Positions 8,059 to 18,050 of a DNA stretch of 64,000 nt are shown one piece after another. The notes beneath the pieces are model-generated. The model saw nothing but the letters and a program-made list of their open reading frames with translations. It made no database searches and was not told where the DNA came from. The stretch is from an uncultured Muribaculaceae bacterium. GTDB taxonomy: Bacteria; Bacteroidota; Bacteroidia; Bacteroidales; UBA932. The translations under genes were made by a program, and so were the position numbers. Every line of letters begins with the position of its first letter. Position 1 is the first letter of the stretch. The DNA is taken from contig CAZNDD010000001.1 of assembly GCA_964571735.1 (NCBI GenBank), positions 361-64,360 of the forward strand. Reading direction: 5' to 3'.

Positions 8059-9081
8059 ATGAATAAGTATAGATTTGTACCCGCGCTCGCCATTGCAGCG
8101 CTCGCTCTCGTAAGCTGCGGCGGCAAGCAGCAGAGCAAGGAGGGAACTACCGCCACGGTAAGAGTCCCAAATGTGCGAACCACCATCGCATCCACACAGA
8201 CAGTTTCCATCGACGAGACTTATGCAGTGACTCTTCAGTCATTCGCAATCAACAACATAGCACCACAGGCAAGCGGCCGTATCGTCAAGATCAACGCAGA
8301 GATCGGTGATTTCGTCAAGAAAGGTGCAGTGCTCGCAGAGATGGACAAGACCAATCTCGAACAGACAGAACTTCAGCTCAAGAATGCCGAGAAAGAATAC
8401 AATCGCGCCAAGGCTCTCCACGAGAAAGGCGGGGTGTCGGATTCTGATTTCGAGTCCATTGAGCTCAACTATAAGGTACGCAAGAGTGCCTATCAGAACC
8501 TCAAAGAGAACACAATTCTCGAAAGCCCCCTCGAGGGCGTAGTCAGCGCCCGCAACTACGATCAGGGTGATATGTATTCCATGGCATCTCCTGTCTTCGT
8601 AGTTCAGCAGATCAATCCTCTCAAGGCCCTTGTCGCCATCTCGGAGAGCGATTATTCTCTCCTTAAAAAGGGAGCTATAGTCGAAATCAAGACAGAGGCT
8701 ATCCCCGGCAAGACATTTACCGGCAAGGTAGCCCTCATCTATCCCACTATCGATCCTACCACCCACACGGTCGTGGCTGAAGTTCACATCCCCAACGCAG
8801 CACACGATCTTCGTCCCGGCATGTACGGAGATGCAACTGTCATCTTCGGTAAGGCGGACCGCATCCTCCTTCCGGATAGCGCAATCGTGAAGCAGCAGGG
8901 CTCTGGCGTAAGATCGGTCTATGTGCTTAACGCAGACAAGAGTGTCAGCCTCAAGCAGGTCACGGTGGGTCGTCACCTCGGAGACAAATACGAGGTTCTC
9001 AGCGGTGTAAACGACGGTGAAACCATAGTCACAAGCGGTCACGGTGCACTTCGTGACGGTATCAAAGTCAATGTTATCTAA
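8059..9081 (+). CDS. Efflux RND periplasmic adaptor (membrane fusion protein) subunit
   Basis: 340 aa with lipoprotein signal ALALVSCGG and HlyD/MFP-like coiled-coil and barrel segments. 6-nt gap after the TolC gene. Confidence 0.85.
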   Translation: MNKYRFVPALAIAALALVSCGGKQQSKEGTTATVRVPNVRTTIASTQTVSIDETYAVTLQSFAINNIAPQASGRIVKINAEIGDFVKKGAVLAEMDKTNLEQTELQLKNAEKEYNRAKALHEKGGVSDSDFESIELNYKVRKSAYQNLKENTILESPLEGVVSARNYDQGDMYSMASPVFVVQQINPLKALVAISESDYSLLKKGAIVEIKTEAIPGKTFTGKVALIYPTIDPTTHTVVAEVHIPNAAHDLRPGMYGDATVIFGKADRILLPDSAIVKQQGSGVRSVYVLNADKSVSLKQVTVGRHLGDKYEVLSGVNDGETIVTSGHGALRDGIKVNVI

Positions 9082-9090
9082 TCAGAAGTC

Positions 9091-12000
9091 ATGAGCATAT
9101 ATCGCAGTGCGGTCAACAAACCGGTCACGACGGCTCTGATCTTCGTGGCATTCGCCATCTTCGGTGTGTTCTCACTATCGAAGACGAGCATTGCGCAGTT
9201 CCCGGAATTTGAGTCCAACACCATCATGGTGATGTCCTCATACCCGGGCGTAAGTGCGCAAGATATTGAAAACAACCTTACAAAAGTCCTTGAGAACAGC
9301 CTCAACGGTGTCGCCAACCTCAAGGAACTCACCTCTACTTCCAAGGAGAACATCTCCTTGCTTGCCCTCACATTCGAATACGGAACGGATATCGAAGATG
9401 CCACCAACGATGTGCGAGACAAACTCGACATGGTAAGCACGGCACTCCCGGACGGAGCGTCCACCCCTACCATATTTAAGTTCAGCGCGGACGACATGCC
9501 TATCATGACATTGTCCGCCACGGCAAGCGAGTCACTCCCCGGCCTGGACAAAATCCTCGACGACAAGATCGCGACACCTCTCGCCCGTGTAAACGGCGTA
9601 GGTACGGTGTCCATCTCGGGTGCTCCCCAGCGCGAGATTCAGATTTATTGCAATCCTGACAAACTCAACGCCTATGGGCTGAATGTAAGTGCCCTTGCAT
9701 CGATCATTGCATCTGAGAATAGGAATATCCCTTCGGGAAATATCGACATCGGTTCGGACACTTACACGCTCCGCGTACAGAAGGAGTTTACAGACCCCTC
9801 GGAGATGCTTGATATTGTAGTGGCCACAGTCGGAGGCAAGAGTGTATATCTCAGAGATATAGCCACCCTCTACGACGGACCTCAGGAAAGGGAGCAGGAG
9901 TCATACACCAATGGTCAGAGATCCGCCCGTATCGTCATCCAGAAACAGAGCGGAGCCAATACCGTCAATGTAATCAATGCTGTCAAGAAGGAGCTTAAGA
10001 AGATCGAACCCACACTCCCTTCGGACATCCACATTGAGACAATCAATGACAGCTCGACAGAGATTATCAATACCATCAATTCGCTCCGCGACACCATTCT
10101 CATCACATTCATAGTGGTCATGCTCGTGGTGTTCCTCTTCCTTGGAAGATGGAGAGCGACATTCATCATCGTATTGTCTATCCCTATCGCGCTACTCGCA
10201 TCGCTCGTATACCTCTATGCCACAGGCAACACACTCAATATCATATCGATGTCTGCTCTTTCGATTGCAATCGGTATGGTAGTGGACGATGCTATCGTGG
10301 TGCTTGAGAACATTACTACGCACCTGGATAGAGGAGAGAAGCCAAAAGAGGCTGCGGTGCTTGCGACCGGTGAGGTTTCGATTTCAGTTATTGCCTCCAC
10401 GCTTACGATGCTCTGCGTGTTCTTGCCTCTCACTATGATGAAAGGCATGGCTGGTATCATGTTCAAGCAGCTCGGTTGGATCGTGAGTATCATCATGATA
10501 GTCTCTACAACCGCCGCTCTGACTCTCATCCCTATGCTTTGCTCAAGGTTCCTCCGTTCTGGTAAACGTAGCGGTAAGTTATACAATATACTTTTCGTAC
10601 CTTTCAATCGTTTCCTTGACAAGGTCTCAGCGTTCTACGGAAAGCTCATCGCATGGTGTACAACTCACCGTAAATCAGTCATCTTTGGCGCACTTGGAAT
10701 ATTCGCCCTGACAATGGTGCTCTATATGCCGAAGATGAAGACGGAGTACTTCCCCCATAGCGACAGCGACCGTATCTCTGTGAGTATAAACCTGCCGGTC
10801 GGCACTGCACAGAGCGTCACGTCCGAACTTGCAGCCAATCTTTACGATGAGGTGTCGGAGGCCGTGCCCGAAGCAAGAATCATCAATATCACTTTCGGAC
10901 AGGCGGACACGGACAATACCTTTGCCAATATGCAGAGCAATGGTACCCATGTCATCTCAATGAATATCAATATCGGTACGAGCAGCACTCGTGAGAGGAC
11001 TTCGTCCGAAATCGCAACTGTCGTGCGCGGCATACTCGCCCATTATCCCCAGATCCGCAAGGGCCTCGTGACCGAAGGCGGCGGTGGAATGGGTGGAGCC
11101 ACATCCGTGGACATCGAAGTGTACGGATATGATTTCATAGCCACCGACCGCGTGGCAAGAGACCTCCAAGCAGCCCTGCTCCAGAACGGAGAGTTCGCAC
11201 AGGTCACCCTTTCACGCGACGAGTACACTCCTGAGTATCAGATTGATTTCGACCGCACCAAACTCGCAATCAACGGTCTCACATCTTCACAGGCAGGCGC
11301 AGCATTCAGCGCAGCTATGTCCGGAACCATTGCATCTTACTATAGAGAGGACGGAGAAGAGTACAACATCCGCGTCCGTTACGCTCCCGAGTTCCGCCAC
11401 AGCATTGAGGATATGGAGAATGTCACCATAACCAATGCGCAGGGCAAACAAATCCGCATCAAGGACCTCGGTAAAATAGTAGAGACCGAAGTTCCTCCTA
11501 CCATCGAGCGTAAGGACCGCCAGCGTCTGGTTACGGTCAAGGGTATTGTCGCCGACAAGGTAGCTTTGAGTGACGCCGTTCTTAAGGCAGAAGAGGTGAT
11601 AGCTAAGACTGATATTCCCGCAGGATTGAGCACTGAAATCGCCGGTGACTATGAAGACCAGCAGGATATGTTCGGAGATATGATAATACTTATCCTCTTG
11701 ATTGTCATCCTCGTGTACATGGTTATGGCGGCTCAGTTCGAGTCTTTCGTATCGCCATTCGTGATCATGTTCTCTATCCCGTTCGCACTCGTAGGTGTGG
11801 CAGTCGGTATGCTCGTACATAACTCAGCCCTCGGGGTGATGGGTCTTATCGGTATCATCATTCTGCTCGGTATCGTAGTTAAGAATGGTATCGTGCTTAT
11901 TGACTACACCATTCTCATGCAGGAGAGAGGCTATAGCGCCGTCGAGGCTTCCGCAATCGCAGCCAAGAGCCGTCTGCGCCCTATCCTCATGACTACGCTC

Positions 12001-12213
12001 ACCACCGTACTCGGTATGGTCCCTATGGCAATCGGCATAGGCGAAGGCTCCGAGATGTGGCAGGGACTCGGTGTAGTGGTCTGCTGGGGTCTATCCATTT
12101 CAACCCTCGTGACCCTCGTGCTGATCCCGACCATCTACTGCGTATTTGCAACCCGTCAGGAGAAACGCAATGCCAGGAAAAAGGCAGCCAGACTCGCACA
12201 ACTGAAAGGATAA
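9091..12213 (+). CDS. Efflux RND transporter permease (AcrB/HAE1-like)
   Basis: 1040 aa with typical N-terminus MSIYRSAVNKPVTTALIFVAFAIFGVFSL, 12-TM/two-large-loop layout and a conserved VVDDAIVVLENI segment. Confidence 0.95.
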   Translation: MSIYRSAVNKPVTTALIFVAFAIFGVFSLSKTSIAQFPEFESNTIMVMSSYPGVSAQDIENNLTKVLENSLNGVANLKELTSTSKENISLLALTFEYGTDIEDATNDVRDKLDMVSTALPDGASTPTIFKFSADDMPIMTLSATASESLPGLDKILDDKIATPLARVNGVGTVSISGAPQREIQIYCNPDKLNAYGLNVSALASIIASENRNIPSGNIDIGSDTYTLRVQKEFTDPSEMLDIVVATVGGKSVYLRDIATLYDGPQEREQESYTNGQRSARIVIQKQSGANTVNVINAVKKELKKIEPTLPSDIHIETINDSSTEIINTINSLRDTILITFIVVMLVVFLFLGRWRATFIIVLSIPIALLASLVYLYATGNTLNIISMSALSIAIGMVVDDAIVVLENITTHLDRGEKPKEAAVLATGEVSISVIASTLTMLCVFLPLTMMKGMAGIMFKQLGWIVSIIMIVSTTAALTLIPMLCSRFLRSGKRSGKLYNILFVPFNRFLDKVSAFYGKLIAWCTTHRKSVIFGALGIFALTMVLYMPKMKTEYFPHSDSDRISVSINLPVGTAQSVTSELAANLYDEVSEAVPEARIINITFGQADTDNTFANMQSNGTHVISMNINIGTSSTRERTSSEIATVVRGILAHYPQIRKGLVTEGGGGMGGATSVDIEVYGYDFIATDRVARDLQAALLQNGEFAQVTLSRDEYTPEYQIDFDRTKLAINGLTSSQAGAAFSAAMSGTIASYYREDGEEYNIRVRYAPEFRHSIEDMENVTITNAQGKQIRIKDLGKIVETEVPPTIERKDRQRLVTVKGIVADKVALSDAVLKAEEVIAKTDIPAGLSTEIAGDYEDQQDMFGDMIILILLIVILVYMVMAAQFESFVSPFVIMFSIPFALVGVAVGMLVHNSALGVMGLIGIIILLGIVVKNGIVLIDYTILMQERGYSAVEASAIAAKSRLRPILMTTLTTVLGMVPMAIGIGEGSEMWQGLGVVVCWGLSISTLVTLVLIPTIYCVFATRQEKRNARKKAARLAQLKG

Positions 12214-12219
12214 TACATT

Positions 12220-12513
12220 ATGAAAGCAATTTTTATATCATACGACCAGGCCTACAACGAGGAGATCATAGAGCTCCTCGAGGCTTACGGTCAGCGCGGA
12301 TTCACCCGCTGGAATGAAGTCAGCGGCCGCGGCATGGAAGACGGAGATCCTCACTACGGCAGCCACGCATGGCCTATAATGAACCATGCAGTACTTACGA
12401 TGGTGGAGGACAGTCTCGCTCCCCAACTGCTTGAAGCGCTCCATCTCAAAGATGAAGAGTTCAAGGATCTCGGCCTTCGGGCTTTTTGTTGGAATGTGGA
12501 GAGTTTTGTGTAA
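12220..12513 (+). CDS. Small RND-transporter-associated protein (PG0541-like; PII/ferredoxin-like fold candidate)
   Basis: 97-aa ORF 6 nt after the RND permease stop. MKAIFISYDQAYNEEIIELLEAYGQRGFTRWNEVSGRGMEDGDPHYGSHAWP shows a beta-alpha-beta pattern. Family name recalled from NCBI annotation of Bacteroidota efflux operons, not verified. Confidence 0.6.
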   Translation: MKAIFISYDQAYNEEIIELLEAYGQRGFTRWNEVSGRGMEDGDPHYGSHAWPIMNHAVLTMVEDSLAPQLLEALHLKDEEFKDLGLRAFCWNVESFV

Positions 12514-12525
12514 CTTTGGAGCATT

Positions 12526-12840
12526 ATGGAAACAGTATTCACAAGTCAAAATAAAGCTGAGCTGCTCGCCGGCACGGGTGTCGTCGTAGTGGACTTTTGG
12601 GCTACATGGTGCGGCCCTTGCCGTGCCCTCGCCCCCGTGGTTGAGGAAGTTGCAGAAGAATTCGGAGACAAAATCACAGTTGCAAAATGCAACGTTGATG
12701 ACGAACAGGACATCTCTATGGAGTATGGAATCCGCAGCATCCCTACCATTATCTTCTTCAAGAATGGTGAGGTGGCGGACAAGACCATAGGACTCGTCTC
12801 CAAGGACGAGATTGTCAAACGCATTAACGCTTTATTATGA
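12526..12840 (+). CDS. trxA: Thioredoxin
   Basis: 104 aa with WCGPC active site (VVDFWATWCGPCRALAP) and full-length thioredoxin-fold sequence. Confidence 0.92.
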   Translation: METVFTSQNKAELLAGTGVVVVDFWATWCGPCRALAPVVEEVAEEFGDKITVAKCNVDDEQDISMEYGIRSIPTIIFFKNGEVADKTIGLVSKDEIVKRINALL

Positions 12841-13541
12841 AGAAATTGATCATTGCTGCATGTGCAGCCCTGCTCGCAAGCGCTACCGCACACGCGCAGT
12901 TCGGTGTGGTCGCAGGTGTGACTTCAACCTCTACAAACCTGAAAGAGGCTTACGATGATATCGCCAAGACGCAGTCCGTGACCCAATATCACGCTGGTGT
13001 CGTGTACAAGCTGAATCTCCCGTTCGGCATCTTCGTGCAGCCGGGAGTGCAGTACAACATGAAAGGCCAGACTCTGAGTAGCCAGATTCTGACGGAGAAA
13101 GTTGATATCAACACCAAAACCGGCTACCTTGAGGTTCCGGTGGAGCTCGGCCTGCAGTGCAACTTTGGTCCCGTAGCGGCATTCGCTTTCGTAGAGCCTT
13201 ACGCTGGATTTGCAGTCACGACAGAGACTGTAGCAAAGGCGCAGGATGCAACGAAGCAGGCCATCTTTGAAGCCGCGGCATCTGCTGCAGGCGTGAAGGT
13301 CAACACCGCACCTGACGACGCTGACAAGTGGGACGGCAGAGAAAGACTCACTTACGGCATAGGCATAGGTGGCGGCGTACTGATATTCAAGCATATCGGT
13401 GTTTCTGCCAAGTATGTATGGGATATGGGCAAGCTCTTCAACGATGAAGGACAGGCTTCACTTTCCGCCAAAGCTATGAGCGAAGCCATCAAAGACCAGA
13501 AGTGCTCTGGCATTATGGCCACGGTTTCTCTCTACTTCTAA
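12837..13541 (+). CDS. Outer-membrane beta-barrel (porin/OmpW-like) protein
   Basis: 234 aa with signal peptide MKKLIIAACAALLASATAHA, alternating amphipathic strands and a C-terminal ...TVSLYF. ATGA overlap with the trxA stop. Confidence 0.7.
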   Translation: MKKLIIAACAALLASATAHAQFGVVAGVTSTSTNLKEAYDDIAKTQSVTQYHAGVVYKLNLPFGIFVQPGVQYNMKGQTLSSQILTEKVDINTKTGYLEVPVELGLQCNFGPVAAFAFVEPYAGFAVTTETVAKAQDATKQAIFEAAASAAGVKVNTAPDDADKWDGRERLTYGIGIGGGVLIFKHIGVSAKYVWDMGKLFNDEGQASLSAKAMSEAIKDQKCSGIMATVSLYF

Positions 13542-13569
13542 TAGAGACATCACGACAGGAATCAATATA

Positions 13570-13603
13570 GCCGCACGGATCAAAGTCCGCGCGGCTTTGA
13601 TTG
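13570..13603 (+). terminator. Rho-independent terminator candidate after the efflux/trxA/OMP operon
   Basis: GCCGCACGGA-tcaaag-TCCGCGCGGC (9 of 10 bp) followed by TTTGATTG. Confidence 0.6.
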
Positions 13604-13683
13604 TAAAAAACTGCATCACTGACCACCAGAAACAGTTTCAAACGGCCACCTTCGGAAGCTACTGAAACAGAATAATATAAAGA

Positions 13684-14667
13684 ATGAGAAGGGAAGATTT
13701 ACTCGATATACTCGGAGAAGACTGGGCTAAACTTCAGGATACCATAGCTTATGCCCTGCACTCCGATATCAGCCTTCTGGACATCATCAACGCAGGCATA
13801 CTCGCCCACAACGGCAAGATGTTGCGTCCTATGGTGACGCTCCTGATTGCCAGATGTATCAAACAAGGCGAAGCGACACCCAAAGAGACATTCAACTATG
13901 CGGCGGCATCCGAACTGCTGCACAACGCCACTCTCCTGCACGATGATGTCGCGGACGAAAGCGACACAAGGAGGGGAAAGCCCACGCTACGAGCCACGCT
14001 CGGGCCGAGCCAAGCCGTGCTGGTCGGAGATTTCTGGCTGTCAAGGGCTGTACTGCAAATCGTCAATGCAAACCCGGCAAAGAGCCACCTCATCATCCCA
14101 CTATTCTCCAATACGCTCTCACATCTTGCTGAGGGTGAGATGCTTCAACTTGAGAAAGCGTCCGACATCTCGACCACACAGGAGGATTATTTCCGCATTA
14201 TCTTCTGCAAAACGGCTTCACTTTTCGTATCTGCAGCGATGAGCGGTGCAATAGCCGCAGATGCGGACGAAAAACAACTCGCAGCGGCAAGCACATACGG
14301 AGAGGCCCTCGGTACCGCATTCCAGATAAGAGATGACATTCTGGACTATGTGGGGGACGAAGCCCTCGGGAAACCTGTGGGAATAGACATTAAAGAGAAG
14401 AAGATAACCCTACCGCTTTTCCTTTCGATGCAAAACGCGGAAGACGAGGAATATGTCAGAAATTCGCTTCGCAAAATAGATAGCTACGAGGGAATATCAG
14501 AAGAGATTCGTAAATTTGTAGGGATTCGCGCGGGAGTTCCCGCTGCCGAAAAGGTTTTGAGCGAATATGTGGACAAGGCCCTCAATGCATTGGAAGCTCT
14601 GCCCGAGTGCAAGGAAAGAGACTGCCTTGCCGCCATCGCCAGACTGAATCTCGGTAGGACACAATAG
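13684..14667 (+). CDS. Polyprenyl (octaprenyl-type) diphosphate synthase
   Basis: 327 aa with both aspartate-rich motifs (LLHDDVADESD and FQIRDDILDY). Confidence 0.9.
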   Translation: MRREDLLDILGEDWAKLQDTIAYALHSDISLLDIINAGILAHNGKMLRPMVTLLIARCIKQGEATPKETFNYAAASELLHNATLLHDDVADESDTRRGKPTLRATLGPSQAVLVGDFWLSRAVLQIVNANPAKSHLIIPLFSNTLSHLAEGEMLQLEKASDISTTQEDYFRIIFCKTASLFVSAAMSGAIAADADEKQLAAASTYGEALGTAFQIRDDILDYVGDEALGKPVGIDIKEKKITLPLFLSMQNAEDEEYVRNSLRKIDSYEGISEEIRKFVGIRAGVPAAEKVLSEYVDKALNALEALPECKERDCLAAIARLNLGRTQ

Positions 14668-14676
14668 ATACATCAG

Positions 14677-15681
14677 ATGAAATTTACTGACATACAAGGC
14701 AATGCGGATGTCGTGAAGGCTTTGGCAGGGATGGTGGATTCGGGCAGAATCCCCCACGCCATAATGCTGCACGAAGACGATGGCGGAGGGGCTCTCCCCA
14801 TCGCACATGCATTCCTGCAATACCTTTACTGTCAGCACAAATCAAGTGGCGACTCATGTGGAGAATGCCCATCCTGCAATAAGATTTCCAAACTGATTCA
14901 TCCGGACATACGCTATATTTTCCCGGTAAATAGCGGCACTTCAGCCGACTGGCTTGCACAATGGAGGGAGTTGGTCATCCAGAAGCCTTATTTCCGCGAG
15001 AGCGAGCTCGGTGAAGCCCTCGGCATTGAAGGCAAGAACTCGATGATTAAGGTGGACGAAGCCAAAGGCGTACTTGACACTCTGGCTTTCAGCGCGTTGG
15101 AGCGCGGATACCGCACTGTGGTTGTATACCTCCCGGAGAAGATGAACCGCGAAGCCGCCAACCGCCTGCTCAAGAGCATTGAAGAGCCGCCGGCATTGAC
15201 AGAGTTCATACTGATAACACACGACCCAGACAAGGTGCTTACGACCATCAAGTCAAGGTGCCTACGCATACGCATAGCTCCACCGGACGGAAGGATAGCC
15301 TCCGTAATAGAGCCTGAATACGAGTCCCTGCTGGAGCAGTGGCTCGGAGCAGTAGCAGACAAAGATCTGCTTGCGGCATTGGACACTGCAGACTCCATAG
15401 CCGCGCTACCCTCTCGTGAGAAAGCCGCAGGATTCTGCACTTATGCAGCAGCAAGATTGAGATATGTATTTCTATATCAGCAGAAACTGGATAATCTCGT
15501 GAGAGTGCCGGCAGAGGAGGAAGGAGTACTCAGAAGCTGGGCGACCGCATTGCCCAAGGCTTTCGTCCGCAAGGCCACCGAAGCATTGGGGGAAAGTCGC
15601 TCAATGATAGAACACAATGTCAGTGTAAAGATTGTCTTTACAGATCTCACTGACAAACTATATATTTTTGCCACCAGATAA
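14677..15681 (+). CDS. holB: DNA polymerase III subunit delta'
   Basis: 334 aa. RIPHAIMLHEDDGGGALPIAHAFLQYLYC...CGECPSCNKI zinc-module pattern typical of delta'. Followed by a PSP1 gene, as in other Bacteroidota. Confidence 0.8.
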   Translation: MKFTDIQGNADVVKALAGMVDSGRIPHAIMLHEDDGGGALPIAHAFLQYLYCQHKSSGDSCGECPSCNKISKLIHPDIRYIFPVNSGTSADWLAQWRELVIQKPYFRESELGEALGIEGKNSMIKVDEAKGVLDTLAFSALERGYRTVVVYLPEKMNREAANRLLKSIEEPPALTEFILITHDPDKVLTTIKSRCLRIRIAPPDGRIASVIEPEYESLLEQWLGAVADKDLLAALDTADSIAALPSREKAAGFCTYAAARLRYVFLYQQKLDNLVRVPAEEEGVLRSWATALPKAFVRKATEALGESRSMIEHNVSVKIVFTDLTDKLYIFATR

Positions 15682-16823
15682 TGGAAGAAAAGATAATTCA
15701 CGACTGCTATAGAGGCTGCGTCAAAATCGGTTCGGATGAGGGAATGGACATCCACTACCGGGAAGGCTGCAGCAAACTTGCAGAATATAACCACCTTAAA
15801 GGAGTCAGCCCTACTGAACACGGAGACCTTTTCGAGGTCAGGTTCAAGAATACCCGCAAGGGATTCTACCGCAACGGCTCCGCACAAAGCATACATCAGG
15901 GAGACCTTGTGGTGGTAGAAGCCGCTACCGGACACGATGTAGGCATAGTGACGCTCGAAGGTCCTATGGTACTCAAGCAGATGAAATGCCGTCGCGTAGA
16001 CCCGGAAAGTCAGGAGCTCAAGAAAATTCTCTATCGCGCCCATGCCATAGACATAAGCCGTTGGCTTGAAGCCTGTTCGCGCGAACAACAGACCATGATT
16101 GAGGCAAGGCGCATCGCTGCCACTATGGGGCTCAATATGAAAATCGGAGATGTGGAGTTCCAAGGGGACGGCAGCAAGGCAATATTTTACTATATAGCCG
16201 ATGCAAGGGTTGATTTCCGCCAACTCATCAAGGTATTCGCCGAAGAATTTAAGGTGAGAATCGAGATGAAACAGATCGGTGCGAGACAGGAAGCCGGACT
16301 AATCGGCGGCATAGGCGTATGTGGCAGGGAGTTATGCTGCGCGAGTTTCGTCAGTAACTTCAAGAGTATAAGCACTGCCGCAGCTCGTTGCCAAGACCTT
16401 TCGCTCAATCCGCAGAAGCTTGCAGGACAATGCGGCAAGCTCAAATGTTGTATCAATTACGAGGTAGCGACTTACCTGGATGCCCAGAGCCGCATACCCA
16501 AAGTCACCGGACCGCTCGAATTTAAGGACGGACTGGCATATCTGAAGAAGACGGATATTCTCGCGGAGACTATGTATTTCTCCTACGACAAATCATCGGA
16601 TGCAAATCTATATCCTCTGTCGGCGGAAGATGTACATGAGATAATACTCATGAACCGCGAGGGTATCAAACCCGACTCAATGCTACCAGAGCCGGTCGTT
16701 CAGGCACCTGAATTTGTGACGGCTGTAGGAGAAGGCAGCATCTCACGCTTCGACCGCCCCAAGAAGAAGAAAAACCGCAAGGGTCGCAAAGGCCCCCGCC
16801 CCAACAATGGGCAAGGTCAATAA
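15681..16823 (+). CDS. PSP1 domain protein (RicT/YaaT-like)
   Basis: 380 aa with a PSP1 C-terminal-type Cys-rich region (GVCGRELCCASF...GKLKCCINYE). TAATG overlap with holB. Confidence 0.85.
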   Translation: MEEKIIHDCYRGCVKIGSDEGMDIHYREGCSKLAEYNHLKGVSPTEHGDLFEVRFKNTRKGFYRNGSAQSIHQGDLVVVEAATGHDVGIVTLEGPMVLKQMKCRRVDPESQELKKILYRAHAIDISRWLEACSREQQTMIEARRIAATMGLNMKIGDVEFQGDGSKAIFYYIADARVDFRQLIKVFAEEFKVRIEMKQIGARQEAGLIGGIGVCGRELCCASFVSNFKSISTAAARCQDLSLNPQKLAGQCGKLKCCINYEVATYLDAQSRIPKVTGPLEFKDGLAYLKKTDILAETMYFSYDKSSDANLYPLSAEDVHEIILMNREGIKPDSMLPEPVVQAPEFVTAVGEGSISRFDRPKKKKNRKGRKGPRPNNGQGQ

Positions 16824-17235
16824 AATCATTTGCGTAATAGGGTGCGCCATTGCATTGAGCGCCTGTGCACGCCCGACACAGTGGGAAGAATTCCGCACTG
16901 CACCAAGGGATTCTTATGATTTCACTATCGACGTGGAAGATTCACTCGTGCTATACGACTTCTCGTTCTATACCAGAGTTGATGCAGGAATCAAAAAGAT
17001 GGTTTATCCATTGAAACTGGACATACAATGGGTCTCTCCTTCAGATAGTTGCTATTCGGAGATAGTCTATATGAACGTGAATACTAAAGAGGTGACCGAG
17101 AATTGGTATAGGACAGGAATGAGTTTCCCCGCTTGCGGGAAATGGACTCTCCGCGTAGGCGTAAGCCCGCAGACAAAGGAGTTTCGCGGACTCGGACTTA
17201 TTTGGAAAGAACAAAAATGGGACACGACAAACTGA
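16807..17235 (+). CDS. gldH: GldH-like lipoprotein
   Basis: 142 aa with lipobox CAIALSAC. Size and position directly after the PSP1 gene match the conserved PSP1-gldH arrangement of Bacteroidota. Sequence similarity was judged by eye only. Confidence 0.55.
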   Translation: MGKVNKIICVIGCAIALSACARPTQWEEFRTAPRDSYDFTIDVEDSLVLYDFSFYTRVDAGIKKMVYPLKLDIQWVSPSDSCYSEIVYMNVNTKEVTENWYRTGMSFPACGKWTLRVGVSPQTKEFRGLGLIWKEQKWDTTN

Positions 17236-18047
17236 GAAAATTCGCAGAAAACAAGACATTTACCTGCCTCGTGCAGCCGTCAGCAGAGGAACTTCTCGCA
17301 GACGGATATTTCAACCTGCGCCCGCATGCTCTTAAAGGCAAATGGGCGGAGGAGATGTTCTCACGCCCTACAGGAAGCAAGATTGTGCTCGAACTCGGCT
17401 GTGGCAGAGGAGAATACACTATAGACCTTGCAAGGCGCTACCCTGACACCTGCTTCATAGGCGTGGATATCAAGGGAGCGCGCCTATGGAAGGGGGCCAA
17501 GACAGCCACCCAAGAGGCTATCCCGAATGTTGCATTTCTCCGCACACGCATTGAGTTCATAGAAGCATTCTTCGCGCCCGGAGAAATCGATGAGATTTGG
17601 CTTACTTTCTCCGACCCCCAACTCAAAAGCGAAAATTCGAGACTCACTTCACCGGTGTTCCTGGAGAGATACCGCAAATTCCTCAAGGACGGCGGGACCA
17701 TACATCTCAAGACGGATTCACGCTTCCTGCACGAATACAGCAAGGCAGTAGTGGAGGAGAGTGAAGGGCTTGAACTCCTGTGCGCAGAGACGGACCTCTA
17801 TGGGAATGACTCGCGAAATCCACTCATAGACAGTTCCGTGTATGAAGTTCAGACTTATTATGAAAAGATTTTCCTGACCCAAGGATTACCTATCACTTAT
17901 TTGAAGTTCACAATGTCCAAGGATGCCGTCCTGCGTCATCCGTCAGACTTCGACGAGAAGGAGTGGAAAGCCAAAGAACAAGTACGGTTGTCGGTGTCGG
18001 AAGCCAACGGCATACCGGAGTTTACAACTTCCTTACAAAAACAATAG
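17217..18047 (+). CDS. trmB: tRNA (guanine46-N7)-methyltransferase
   Basis: SAM-MTase motif VLELGCGRGEYT and a LTFSDPQLK motif. I place the start at the internal ATG 17217 (MGHDKLRKFAEN...); the ORF-track start 17133 lies inside the gldH-like gene. Confidence 0.85.
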   Translation: MGHDKLRKFAENKTFTCLVQPSAEELLADGYFNLRPHALKGKWAEEMFSRPTGSKIVLELGCGRGEYTIDLARRYPDTCFIGVDIKGARLWKGAKTATQEAIPNVAFLRTRIEFIEAFFAPGEIDEIWLTFSDPQLKSENSRLTSPVFLERYRKFLKDGGTIHLKTDSRFLHEYSKAVVEESEGLELLCAETDLYGNDSRNPLIDSSVYEVQTYYEKIFLTQGLPITYLKFTMSKDAVLRHPSDFDEKEWKAKEQVRLSVSEANGIPEFTTSLQKQ

Positions 18048-18050
18048 ACT

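Noticed and set aside
8239-9042. Long antisense or out-of-frame ORFs inside recognised genes. Examples: 8239-9042, 9078-9614, 11287-11820, 15477-16223, 19543-20115, 30258-30863, 34576-35343, 35557-36162, 36779-37384, 40083-40655, 42383-43051, 42558-43094, 58668-59372, 62857-63336, 63412-63810.
   Set aside because: Each lies wholly within, and mostly antisense to, a gene with unmistakable family motifs (RND adaptor/pump, PSP1, mutL, secDF/apbC, EF-G, galM, ychF, frdA, nhaC). Their translations are low-complexity or Ser/Arg/Leu-rich, as expected for shadow ORFs.
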